A stretch of 55,960 nucleotides of DNA from NCBI GenBank assembly GCA_964384355.1, contig CAYLLC010000002.1, forward strand, positions 1 through 55,960, written 5' to 3'. The position numbers and the translations under genes were made by a program. Shown one piece after another: positions 10,745 through 19,147 of the stretch. A model generated the notes under the pieces. That model searched no databases, was not told the origin of the DNA, and was given only the letters and a program-made list of their open reading frames with translations. Every line of letters starts with the position of its first letter. Position 1 is the stretch's first letter. This DNA comes from an uncultured Sulfurospirillum sp. (GTDB lineage: Bacteria; Campylobacterota; Campylobacteria; Campylobacterales; QNZT01).

Positions 10745-11506
10745 ATGGCGATATCGATTAAAAAACCCTCAGACATTGAAAAGCTGAGGGTTTCCAACTC
10801 TTATGTAGCAAAAACACTCAATCACCTTCGTACCTATACCAGACCGGGCATGACGCTTCGCGAAATCAACCAGATGGGTGAAGAGTTCATCGCATCACTG
10901 GATGCCAGACCCGCCTTCAAAGGCCTCTACGGCTTTCCTGCAGGTGTCTGTACCTCTCTGAATGAAGTGATCATTCACGGTATACCCGACGATACCGTCG
11001 TCAAAGAGGGGGATATCCTCGGACTCGATATCGGTGTCGAGAAGGATGGCTGGTACGGTGATGCTGCGATCACGATGCCGATCGGCGAAATCACGCCGGA
11101 GGACGAAGCGCTGATCGCATGCGCCAAAGATGCGCTCATGCATGCCATAGATGTGATTCACAGCGGCATGCGATTCAAAGAGCTGAGCCTCGAACTCGAA
11201 AACTTCATCACTGCGCGCGGTTTTGTGCCGCTGAGAGGTTTCTGCGGCCACGGCATCGGCAAAAAACCGCATGAAGAGCCGGAGATACCCAACTATCTCG
11301 AAAGCGGCAATGCGAAACAGGGACCGAAAATCAAAAACGGTATGGTCTTCTGTCTGGAGCCGATGATTTGCCAGAAGAGCGGTGTTGCGGTGATCGACGA
11401 GAAGGACAAGTGGTCCGTGATGAGTGAAGACGGCTTGCGAGGGAGCCACTATGAACATACGGTGGCTGTCATAAACAACAGAGCAGAAATATTGTCTGTA
11501 GATTAA
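10745..11506 (+). CDS. map: Type I methionine aminopeptidase
   Basis: ...IHGIPDD.V.KEGDILGLDIG......GWYGD...GHGIG...HE.P.I.NY... metal-ligand pattern; 253 aa. Confidence 0.95.
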   Translation: MAISIKKPSDIEKLRVSNSYVAKTLNHLRTYTRPGMTLREINQMGEEFIASLDARPAFKGLYGFPAGVCTSLNEVIIHGIPDDTVVKEGDILGLDIGVEKDGWYGDAAITMPIGEITPEDEALIACAKDALMHAIDVIHSGMRFKELSLELENFITARGFVPLRGFCGHGIGKKPHEEPEIPNYLESGNAKQGPKIKNGMVFCLEPMICQKSGVAVIDEKDKWSVMSEDGLRGSHYEHTVAVINNRAEILSVD

Positions 11507-11517
11507 GAGGAGTATAA

Positions 11518-11736
11518 ATGGCAAAAGATGATGTAATTGAAGTAGACGGTACGGTAATAGAGGCTTTGCCCAACGCGACCTTTATGGTCGAGCTGGAAAA
11601 CGGCCACAAAGTGCTTTGCCACATCGCCGGCAAAATGCGCATGCACTATATCAAGATCATGCTCGGTGACAGGGTCAAAGTGGAGCTGACACCATACAGT
11701 CTGGACAAAGGGCGAATCACCTTCAGATATAAGTAG
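11518..11736 (+). CDS. infA: Translation initiation factor IF-1
   Basis: [54 protein letters not shown] is IF-1. Confidence 0.97.
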   Translation: MAKDDVIEVDGTVIEALPNATFMVELENGHKVLCHIAGKMRMHYIKIMLGDRVKVELTPYSLDKGRITFRYK

Positions 11737-11740
11737 AATT

Positions 11741-11761
11741 TTATATATATTTGAGTATAAT
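11741..11761 (+). promoter_or_regulatory. Candidate promoter for rpmJ-rpsM-rpsK-rpsD-rpoA-rplQ
   Basis: TATAAT at 11756-11761 preceded by an A/T-rich tract (TTATATATATTTGAG), about 170 nt upstream of rpmJ. Confidence 0.35.
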
Positions 11762-11801
11762 CGCCCTCTCTTTTTCGAATGACGTAACTATAAGAAGAGT
11801 G

Positions 11802-11855
11802 ATTGCAAAAAGACACTGTTTTTGCAATGGCTGGTTTGGGAATTTCGCCAAACCA
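11802..11855 (+). promoter_or_regulatory. Two adjacent stem-loops in the rpmJ/alpha-operon leader
   Basis: Perfect 10-bp stem ATTGCAAAAA (11802-11811) / TTTTTGCAAT (11819-11828) with a 7-nt loop. It is followed by an 8-bp stem TGGTTTGG (11832-11839) / CCAAACCA (11848-11855). Confidence 0.4.
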
Positions 11856-11932
11856 TATGCGTTCGTTATTTGTAAAGTGATTCATGAAGCGGTGCTAGAG
11901 ATAGCGAGACGAAGATAGCAGAGGAGAATACG

Positions 11933-12046
11933 ATGAAAGTAAGACCATCGGTAAAAAAAATGTGTGATAACTGCAAGATTATCAGACGCAGAGGTGCAGT
12001 GAGAGTGATCTGCAAAAATCCAAAACATAAACAGAGACAAGGATAA
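11933..12046 (+). CDS. rpmJ: 50S ribosomal protein L36
   Basis: Hand translation gives [37 protein letters not shown] (37 aa, C-x2-C...C zinc-ribbon pattern). A GAGGAG RBS lies upstream. It is too short to appear in the ORF track. Confidence 0.93.
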   Translation: MKVRPSVKKMCDNCKIIRRRGAVRVICKNPKHKQRQG

Positions 12047-12049
12047 CCA

Positions 12050-12418
12050 ATGGCTAGGATTGCTGGTGTAGATTTACCAAAAAAGAAGCGAATCGAATAT
12101 GGACTGACCTATATCTACGGTATCGGGTTGACAACTTCGAGAAAAATCCTGAACAAAGTCGGTATCTCACTCGACAAGCGTGTACATGAGCTCACGGAAG
12201 ATGAAGTCGCTGCGATCAGAAACGAGATCCAGGACAACTATCAGGTCGAGGGTGATCTGCGTAAAAAAGTGGCTATGGATATCAAAGCCCTGATGGATCT
12301 GGGAAGCTACAGAGGCCTCAGACACAGACGCGGTCTGCCGGTACGCGGACAGAAAACAAAAACCAACGCAAGAACCAGAAAAGGCAGAAAGAAAACTGTC
12401 GGTTCGGCAGCGAAGTAA
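12050..12418 (+). CDS. rpsM: 30S ribosomal protein S13
   Basis: [26 protein letters not shown]...[23 protein letters not shown] is S13. Confidence 0.98.
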   Translation: MARIAGVDLPKKKRIEYGLTYIYGIGLTTSRKILNKVGISLDKRVHELTEDEVAAIRNEIQDNYQVEGDLRKKVAMDIKALMDLGSYRGLRHRRGLPVRGQKTKTNARTRKGRKKTVGSAAK

Positions 12419-12430
12419 CGGAGCGATAGA

Positions 12431-12823
12431 ATGGCAAAAAGAAAAATCACAAGAAAAAAAGTAGTCAAGAAGAATATTGCACGCGGTATCGTACATATCG
12501 CAGCGACTTTCAACAACACTATGATTACGATCACCGACGAGATGGGCAACGCTATCGCATGGAGCAGTGCGGGCGGACTCGGATTCAAAGGGAGCAAGAA
12601 ATCTACTCCGTATGCTGCGCAGCAAGCTGTCGAAGATGCTATGGCAAAAGCGATGGAACACGGTATCAAAGAGGTCGGTATCAAAGTACAGGGACCCGGA
12701 TCCGGACGCGAAACAGCTGTCAAAAGCGTTGGTGCTATCGAAGGCATCAAAGTATTGTATTTAAAAGATGTCACACCATTGCCTCATAATGGATGTCGAC
12801 CTCCAAAAAGAAGAAGAGTGTAG
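12431..12823 (+). CDS. rpsK: 30S ribosomal protein S11
   Basis: ...GIVHI.ATFNNT.ITITD..GNAI.WSSAG..GFKGS.KSTP.AAQ...[13 protein letters not shown] is S11. Confidence 0.98.
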   Translation: MAKRKITRKKVVKKNIARGIVHIAATFNNTMITITDEMGNAIAWSSAGGLGFKGSKKSTPYAAQQAVEDAMAKAMEHGIKEVGIKVQGPGSGRETAVKSVGAIEGIKVLYLKDVTPLPHNGCRPPKRRRV

Positions 12824-12832
12824 GGGTAAGAG

Positions 12833-13459
12833 ATGGCAAGATATAGAGGACCAGTAGAAAAAATCGAAAGAAGACTCGGTGTCTCTCTCGCGCTGAAGGG
12901 TGAGAGAAGATTGGCAGGCAAAAGTGCACTCGACAAGAGACCTTATCCTCCGGGACAGCACGGACAGAGAAGAACGAAAGTCAGCGAATACGGTACACAG
13001 CTTCGTGAAAAACAGAAAGCGAAGTTCATGTACGGCATCAGTGAGAAGCAGTTTCGCAGACTCTTTTCAGATGCGAACCGCATGGAAGGCAACACCGGTG
13101 CGAACCTGATCACACTTCTGGAGCGAAGACTCGACAATGTCGTCTACCGCATGGGTTTTGCGACGACGAGAAGCTTCGCGAGACAACTCGTCACGCACGG
13201 GCATATTCTGGTGGACGGCAAAAAAGTCGATATTCCATCTTACCGCGTCAAACCGGGACAGAAGATCGAAGTCAAAGAGAAGTCCAAAAACAATCCTCAG
13301 ATCGTCAGAGCGGGTGAGTTGACGGCGCAGACCGGTATCGTGCCGTGGGTCGATGTCGATATGGACAAAAAATTCGGTATCTTTACGAGACTGCCGGAGA
13401 GAGAAGAAGTGATTATACCTGTAGAAGAGAGACTCATCGTAGAGCTTTACTCTAAATAA
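12833..13459 (+). CDS. rpsD: 30S ribosomal protein S4
   Basis: [16 protein letters not shown]....KGER...[20 protein letters not shown] is S4. Confidence 0.98.
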   Translation: MARYRGPVEKIERRLGVSLALKGERRLAGKSALDKRPYPPGQHGQRRTKVSEYGTQLREKQKAKFMYGISEKQFRRLFSDANRMEGNTGANLITLLERRLDNVVYRMGFATTRSFARQLVTHGHILVDGKKVDIPSYRVKPGQKIEVKEKSKNNPQIVRAGELTAQTGIVPWVDVDMDKKFGIFTRLPEREEVIIPVEERLIVELYSK

Positions 13460-13476
13460 GCATAAGGGATTAAAAG

Positions 13477-14490
13477 ATGAAAAAGATTACAACATCTTTG
13501 TATATGCCGCATGAAATCGAGATCGAAAAGATCGACGAGAACAGGGTAAAGATCTACACTTATCCTTTTCAGAGCGGGTTCGCCGTCACGGTGGCGCATC
13601 CGCTGCGTCGGCTTCTGCTCGGCTCATCTGCAGGATATGCAGTCACCGCGATCAAAATCGACGGTGTCAAACATGAGTTCGACTCTATCAGAGGGATGCT
13701 TGAGGATGTCTCTCTCTTTATCTTGAATCTCAAGAACATTCGTTTCAAGATAAAAGACGAGTCCAACAAAGTCGAAGTCAATTACCACTTCACGGGATAC
13801 AAAGAGATTCAGGGCAGCGATCTGGAGAACGATGCGGTCGAGGTTGTGACACCGGATGTGCATCTGGCCACGATCAATGAAGATGCAGAACTCAATTTTT
13901 CGATTATTATCGAAAAGGGCATCGGCTATGTGCCGAGTGAAGATCTCCGTGAAAATCTATCGGAAGAGTATATCGGCGTCGATGCGTTCTTCACTCCGGT
14001 CAGAAAAGCGGTCTACGCGATCGAAAATATGCTGGTCGAGGATGATCCTACATTTGAAAAGATCGTATTCGATATCGAGACCGATGGACAGATACCGCCT
14101 ATTCAGGCCTTCAAAGAGGCTATCGAAGCGTTGAACGAGCAGATTTCGATCTTCTCCAAAGCGATCGACATCGATGTCAGCATCCCGCAGGATGATTTCA
14201 GCAACTCCGTAGAGATGAAAAAGCTGCTGCAGAATGTCGAAGATCTCGGACTCAGTGCGAGAAGCTTCAACTGTCTCGACCGCGCGGATATCAAATATGT
14301 GGCGGAACTCTCGCTCATGAGTGAGCTGGAGCTCAAAGGGCTGAAAAATCTCGGTAAGAAATCGTTCGAAGAGATCACAGGAAAGCTTGAAGCTCTGGGA
14401 TATCCGGTAGGATACAAATTCGACGATGAATTCCTGTCGGCACTGAAGAAAAAATTAGAAGAATTAAAATCACAAACTGGGGAAGCATAA
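13477..14490 (+). CDS. rpoA: DNA-directed RNA polymerase subunit alpha
   Basis: 337 aa. The N-terminal domain carries ...[30 protein letters not shown] and the C-terminal domain carries ...[14 protein letters not shown]. It lies between rpsD and rplQ. Confidence 0.97.
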   Translation: MKKITTSLYMPHEIEIEKIDENRVKIYTYPFQSGFAVTVAHPLRRLLLGSSAGYAVTAIKIDGVKHEFDSIRGMLEDVSLFILNLKNIRFKIKDESNKVEVNYHFTGYKEIQGSDLENDAVEVVTPDVHLATINEDAELNFSIIIEKGIGYVPSEDLRENLSEEYIGVDAFFTPVRKAVYAIENMLVEDDPTFEKIVFDIETDGQIPPIQAFKEAIEALNEQISIFSKAIDIDVSIPQDDFSNSVEMKKLLQNVEDLGLSARSFNCLDRADIKYVAELSLMSELELKGLKNLGKKSFEEITGKLEALGYPVGYKFDDEFLSALKKKLEELKSQTGEA

Positions 14491-14491
14491 C

Positions 14492-14842
14492 ATGAGACAC
14501 AGACATGGATATAGAAAACTTGGCAGAACTTCCAGCCACAGAAAAGCGTTGCTGAAGAATCTCTCCATCGCTTTGATCGCGAGCGGAAAGATCGAGACGA
14601 CACTTCCGAAAGCCAAAGAGCTGAGAAGCTATTTCGAAAAACTCGTCACAAAAGCGAGAGTCGGTGATGCGAATGCGCACAGAGCCGTATTCGCTGCACT
14701 GCAGGACAAAGAGAGCACCAAAAAGCTCGTCAACGAGATCGCACCCCGATATGCCGAGCGCAAGGGTGGATACACCAGAATTATCAAAACAAGAATCAGA
14801 CGCGGAGATGCGGCTGAGATGGCTTTCATCGAGCTTGTTTAA
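14492..14842 (+). CDS. rplQ: 50S ribosomal protein L17
   Basis: [24 protein letters not shown] is the canonical L17 start. Confidence 0.98.
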   Translation: MRHRHGYRKLGRTSSHRKALLKNLSIALIASGKIETTLPKAKELRSYFEKLVTKARVGDANAHRAVFAALQDKESTKKLVNEIAPRYAERKGGYTRIIKTRIRRGDAAEMAFIELV

Positions 14843-14854
14843 ACAAATGTGAGA

Positions 14855-14879
14855 GGGGAGGTTACGAACCTCTCCTTTT
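14855..14879 (+). terminator. Rho-independent terminator after rplQ
   Basis: GGGGAGG (14855-14861) pairs with CCTCTCC (14869-14875): 7 bp with one G-U and a 7-nt loop, followed by TTTT (14876-14879). Confidence 0.6.
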
Positions 14880-14987
14880 GCCTCTTCCATTCACGATTCA
14901 CAGACTTCCATTAAACTTTTTTTGCTACAATTTATTAAAATCAATTATCAAATATCTATTTATATTATTTAGAACCAAAGGAATCGC

Positions 14988-15278
14988 ATGATACCGTTTA
15001 CAGATGAAGAGCTTTTGCCGGTGGTCGAACAGTCACTGGAAAAAGTCAAACCGATGCTCGCACTCGACGGTGGCGGCATGAAGCTGCTGGGGGTCAGAAA
15101 CGGAAAGGTTTTCGTCCAGCTGCAGGGCGCATGCGTCGGATGCTCGGCGAGCAATCAGACCTTGAAATATGGAATCGAGAGACAGCTGCGTATGGATATA
15201 CATCCCGAGCTCGAGGTGATCAACCTTGCCGAGGGCATGGAACACCTGATGGATGAGATAGCGAACACCAAAGCATGA
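14988..15278 (+). CDS. NifU C-terminal-domain (Nfu-type) Fe-S cluster protein
   Basis: ...V.P.LALDGGG..LLGV.NGKVFVQLQGACVGCSAS..TLK.GIE matches the NifU_C CxxC pattern; 96 aa. Confidence 0.8.
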   Translation: MIPFTDEELLPVVEQSLEKVKPMLALDGGGMKLLGVRNGKVFVQLQGACVGCSASNQTLKYGIERQLRMDIHPELEVINLAEGMEHLMDEIANTKA

Positions 15279-15835
15279 ATAAATTCAAAGAGTTAGCCAA
15301 CAACAGCTTTATGCAGCGGGATTTCAAAAAAGCGCTGCTGAACTACTCCCTGGCACTCAAAGATATGCCTGAAGACAAAGAGGCGAAGATCGGTGCGATA
15401 CTGGCCGATCTGGCTTTCGAGAAAGAGGATGAAGCGGTCGCACTCTTTGAGTATTACGAAGTCTCAAAAGCGATCGGTACGGAAGATGCAGAAGAGGCGA
15501 TCGAGCGGATCATCGAAAAATTCGACACTGAAAACGATCCGCTGGAGGATCTGCTCGCAGCGATCGAAGAGCGTGTCAGCAGCTACGAAGACGGAATCAT
15601 GTTCGAAGAGTTCATCGCACATGTCAACAGTCGCGAAGATATCAGAACGGCACTCGAAGATCTGATGTTCAGTACCAAAATCGTCATCAACAGAAAAGAG
15701 GATTTTGTCGAATTGATCGGCATACTGCTGGAGAACGGATACGAAGAGATGGCGTACAACTATATCGAAAATGCACTGCTGCTCTATCCGGACGACACGC
15801 AATTTTACGATATGCTCAAAAAACTGGAGTGCTGA
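15275..15835 (+). CDS. Acidic helical-repeat (TPR-like) hypothetical protein
   Basis: 186-aa ORF whose ATG overlaps the preceding stop (ATGA). It is very D/E-rich and helical and has no catalytic motif. It sits between the NifU-like gene and murE. Confidence 0.6.
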   Translation: MNKFKELANNSFMQRDFKKALLNYSLALKDMPEDKEAKIGAILADLAFEKEDEAVALFEYYEVSKAIGTEDAEEAIERIIEKFDTENDPLEDLLAAIEERVSSYEDGIMFEEFIAHVNSREDIRTALEDLMFSTKIVINRKEDFVELIGILLENGYEEMAYNYIENALLLYPDDTQFYDMLKKLEC

Positions 15836-17148
15836 ATCGTTTGAAATATACACTCGACTATAAAAATATCCCCTATATCACGGACAATTCCCAATTGTGC
15901 GACGCAAAGACAGCGTTTCTGCTTACGGAGCAGAACAAAGCCTATCTCCCGGATGCCAAAGCACGCGGTGCCGCTGCCGTGATCGCTCCGAAGGTGCTGC
16001 AGGATATCTACGGCATCAAGGATATGAAACTGATCGGCATCACCGGTACCAACGGCAAGACAACGACTGCTGCGGCGATCTACTCCTTTTTGCTGGATCT
16101 GGGCGAAGGGGCGGCTTTTCAGGGTACGAGAGGGCTCTATGTCAACGATACCCAAATCGAAGAGAAATCCCACACGACACCGCCGATACTCAAGACGCTA
16201 TACAGTATGAAGCAGGCCAGAGAGCAGGGTGCGGACTATTTTGTGATGGAGGTCAGCTCGCACGCGATTGCACAGCAGCGCATCGAAGGGCTAGATTTCA
16301 CGCTGAAGATCTTTACCAATATCACGCAGGACCATCTCGATTACCATGGCTCCTTCGAAGCCTACTGGCAGACCAAGAGCAGCTTTTTCAACGACGATGC
16401 GATCAAGCTGATCAACAAAGATGCCAAAAAGATCGATTTCAACATCAAAAACGCCTATACCTATGCACTCGACGTGCCTGCATCGTTCAATGTCGTGGCC
16501 TATTCGCTCAACAACGGCATCGCCGCGGCGATCAAGCATTTCGACAAGCAGTCGGAGTTCGTCTCTCCGCTCTATGGCTTTTTCAACCTCTACAATCTGC
16601 TTGCCGCGATAGGCGGGGTCAAGCTGATTACCGACTATACACTCGATGAGATCTGTGGCGTGGTCGGCAATTTTGCAGGTGTCAGCGGCCGGATGGAAGT
16701 GGTGAGCGAAAAGCCGCTGATTATCGTAGATTTCGCGCATACCCCGGACGGAATGGACAAAGTCCTCGACTCTCTGAAAGAGAAGAAGCTCTCCATCGTC
16801 TTCGGTGCCGGCGGAGACCGTGATCAGAGCAAGCGTGTGCAGATGGGCAGGGTGGCCAATCGCTACGGCAAGAAGATCTATCTCACCAGTGACAATCCCA
16901 GAAGCGAAGATCCGATGCAGATCATCGAGCAGATCTACGCCGGTATCGAAAAGAGGGATATCGTCACGATTCTTCCCGACCGCTATGAAGCGATCGAGAG
17001 GGCGATCGAAGAGCTGGAAGAGGAGGAGATTCTGCTGGTGCTGGGCAAAGGCGACGAAAGCTGCATCGAAATGGGTGACGAAAAGATACCGTTTGACGAC
17101 AGGGCCGTAATTAGGGCGATTATGAAAGATAAATTTAATCGAGATTAG
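15829..17148 (+). CDS. murE: UDP-N-acetylmuramoyl-L-alanyl-D-glutamate--2,6-diaminopimelate ligase
   Basis: Mur ligase P-loop GITGTNGKTTT plus the MurE-specific DNPRSEDP motif. GTG start at 15829, with an alternative TTG at 15841. Confidence 0.9.
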   Translation: MLNRLKYTLDYKNIPYITDNSQLCDAKTAFLLTEQNKAYLPDAKARGAAAVIAPKVLQDIYGIKDMKLIGITGTNGKTTTAAAIYSFLLDLGEGAAFQGTRGLYVNDTQIEEKSHTTPPILKTLYSMKQAREQGADYFVMEVSSHAIAQQRIEGLDFTLKIFTNITQDHLDYHGSFEAYWQTKSSFFNDDAIKLINKDAKKIDFNIKNAYTYALDVPASFNVVAYSLNNGIAAAIKHFDKQSEFVSPLYGFFNLYNLLAAIGGVKLITDYTLDEICGVVGNFAGVSGRMEVVSEKPLIIVDFAHTPDGMDKVLDSLKEKKLSIVFGAGGDRDQSKRVQMGRVANRYGKKIYLTSDNPRSEDPMQIIEQIYAGIEKRDIVTILPDRYEAIERAIEELEEEEILLVLGKGDESCIEMGDEKIPFDDRAVIRAIMKDKFNRD

Positions 17149-17186
17149 AATAAAATGACCACCAATTCATAGTATAGGGGAATTTT

Positions 17187-17561
17187 ATGGGAATACCACA
17201 ACCGGCATTTTATATTTTCAAATGCGAACAGTCATCACCTCCGGGGATGCCAAAACCAAGCTGCGTCAATGACCAGACGAAAGATCTCTTTCAGCATCTC
17301 GGTCAGACACTGATGCAAAAAGGGTTGATCGCGACCGTACAGCCGGTACGCACCGCATGCCTGAACCGATGCCAGCTCGGACCTGTCATGCTGGTAGAGC
17401 CGGGACATCACATGTATGTCGGCCTGACCAAAGAGAAGATCACGCGTATCATCGATGAGCATATCATCGGCGGCAAAGTGGTCGAAGAGTATCTGATTCC
17501 GGAGGAGTTCTGGGACGATGCGATTTCGCCGATGGAAGCGATGAAGATGGCCGGAAGATAA
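17187..17561 (+). CDS. Thioredoxin-like [2Fe-2S] ferredoxin family protein
   Basis: Cys spacing C13-x12-C26-x31-C58-x3-C62 ([21 protein letters not shown]) is typical of thioredoxin-like 2Fe-2S ferredoxins. Confidence 0.7.
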   Translation: MGIPQPAFYIFKCEQSSPPGMPKPSCVNDQTKDLFQHLGQTLMQKGLIATVQPVRTACLNRCQLGPVMLVEPGHHMYVGLTKEKITRIIDEHIIGGKVVEEYLIPEEFWDDAISPMEAMKMAGR

Positions 17562-17565
17562 GCGT

Positions 17566-17931
17566 ATGCAGATCACGATGTTATATAGCAAACTTCACCG
17601 TGCTACTGTAACTGACGCCAATCTCAACTATGTAGGCTCCATCACGATCGACAGAGAGCTGATGGATGCCGCGCAGTTGCGTGTGGGGCAAAAGGTCGAT
17701 ATCGTCAACATCAACAACGGTGAGCGGTTTTCGACCTATGTGATCGAGGGTGAGAAGGGCAAACGCGATATCTGCCTCAACGGCGCAGCCGCCAGAAAAG
17801 CGGAGATCGGCGATGTGATCATCATCATCGCCTACGCTTCGATGGATTTCGAAGAAGCAGACCATTTCAAGCCGCATGTCGTCTTGCTGGATGAAAAAAA
17901 CAACATTGACGAGATCAAAGATTATGTTTGA
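17566..17931 (+). CDS. panD: Aspartate 1-decarboxylase
   Basis: [25 protein letters not shown] carries the pyruvoyl-forming G-S site in the YVGSI context; 121 aa. Confidence 0.93.
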   Translation: MQITMLYSKLHRATVTDANLNYVGSITIDRELMDAAQLRVGQKVDIVNINNGERFSTYVIEGEKGKRDICLNGAAARKAEIGDVIIIIAYASMDFEEADHFKPHVVLLDEKNNIDEIKDYV

Positions 17932-18241
17932 AAATATGGATTTCAGCAAAATGGGCGAAATGTTTCAAAAAGCTCAGGAAGAGGCCCAAAAACTGGAAGA
18001 AGAGCGCGCCGGCAAGGAGTTCACGGCCAAAAGCGGCGGCGGATTGATCAAAGTCGTCGGCAACGGCAAGGGCGAGATTATCGATATCGAGATAGATGAC
18101 TCCCTGCTGGAGGACAAAGACGCGCTGCAGATTCTTCTGATCAGTGCCGTCAACGATCTCCTGAAGATGATCGAAGAGGACAAAAAGAGTGCAGCTGCCC
18201 GCATGCTCGGCGGATTGGGCGGTTTTGCCGGAAAGTTTTAG
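17924..18241 (+). CDS. ybaB: YbaB/EbfC family nucleoid-associated protein
   Basis: [27 protein letters not shown]...[27 protein letters not shown] is YbaB/EbfC. ATG 17924 overlaps the panD end; the ORF-track start at 17876 was rejected. Confidence 0.88.
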   Translation: MFENMDFSKMGEMFQKAQEEAQKLEEERAGKEFTAKSGGGLIKVVGNGKGEIIDIEIDDSLLEDKDALQILLISAVNDLLKMIEEDKKSAAARMLGGLGGFAGKF

Positions 18242-18268
18242 TACACTACATTCACAATAGGATCATTT

Positions 18269-19132
18269 TTGCAGATACAAAGCAAAAAGCTACTCGAAGA
18301 TTTCGAACAATTTTTACAACAGAATCTACCGCAGGCAGAGAGCTTTCATCCCCACTATCAGCATGCCTTGACCGAGATGTTTCAAGCCGGGGGCAAACGC
18401 TTTCGCCCGCAGCTGCTGCTGGAGGTGGTGGATCACTACACACCGCTGCTGGTACCGGCTGCCAGACATGTCGCGGCGGGGATCGAGATGCTCCATACCT
18501 ACTCACTGATTCATGACGATCTGCCCACTTTCGACGATGCCGATCTCAGGCGCGGCACGCCTACACTGCATGTCAGGTACGATCAGGTGACTGCGACGCT
18601 GGTCGGAGATGCGCTCAATACCCACAGCTTTTATATGGTCGCCGATGCGCCGCTCTCGAGCGATCAGAAGGTCGCACTGGTCAAAGAGCTGGCGCATAAC
18701 GGCGGAGCGGGCGGTATGGTCCTGGGACAGGCGATCGACTGTCACTTCGAGAATCAGCGCCTGAGTCTGGACGAACTCACTTTTCTGCATCTGAACAAAA
18801 CGGCCAAATTGATTGCGGCGAGTCTGAAGATGGGTGCGATCATCTCCGATCTGGATACCGGGACGCAGGATCTGCTCTACGATATCGGATTGAAAATCGG
18901 GCTGCTGTTTCAGATACAAGATGATATTATCGACGCGACGATGAGCACCGAGGAGGCGGGCAAACCTACGCAGAACGACACGGTGAAAAACTCCTTTACC
19001 AATCTGCTGGGGATCGACGGTGCACGGAGCGAAAAGGAGCAACTGATCGATGAGATCGGTAGGATGCTCGATCGTCTGGACAGGGGACTGCAACAGAGAT
19101 TGACCGGGCTGGTCGAACACTATTTGAAATAA
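18269..19132 (+). CDS. ispA: Polyprenyl (geranyl/farnesyl) diphosphate synthase
   Basis: The first Asp-rich motif LIHDDLPTFDDADLRRG and the second motif FQIQDDIID are both present. TTG start. Confidence 0.9.
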   Translation: MQIQSKKLLEDFEQFLQQNLPQAESFHPHYQHALTEMFQAGGKRFRPQLLLEVVDHYTPLLVPAARHVAAGIEMLHTYSLIHDDLPTFDDADLRRGTPTLHVRYDQVTATLVGDALNTHSFYMVADAPLSSDQKVALVKELAHNGGAGGMVLGQAIDCHFENQRLSLDELTFLHLNKTAKLIAASLKMGAIISDLDTGTQDLLYDIGLKIGLLFQIQDDIIDATMSTEEAGKPTQNDTVKNSFTNLLGIDGARSEKEQLIDEIGRMLDRLDRGLQQRLTGLVEHYLK

Positions 19133-19147
19133 GCATAAGGAAAAAAG

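Noticed and set aside
9065-10745. Apparent absence of rpmD (L30) between rpsE and rplO, and of adk between secY and map
   Set aside because: The junctions are 13 nt and 5 nt, so nothing is hidden or deleted. As far as I recall, lack of L30 and an adk gene located elsewhere are normal for Campylobacter/Helicobacter-type genomes, so this is a lineage trait and not an anomaly.
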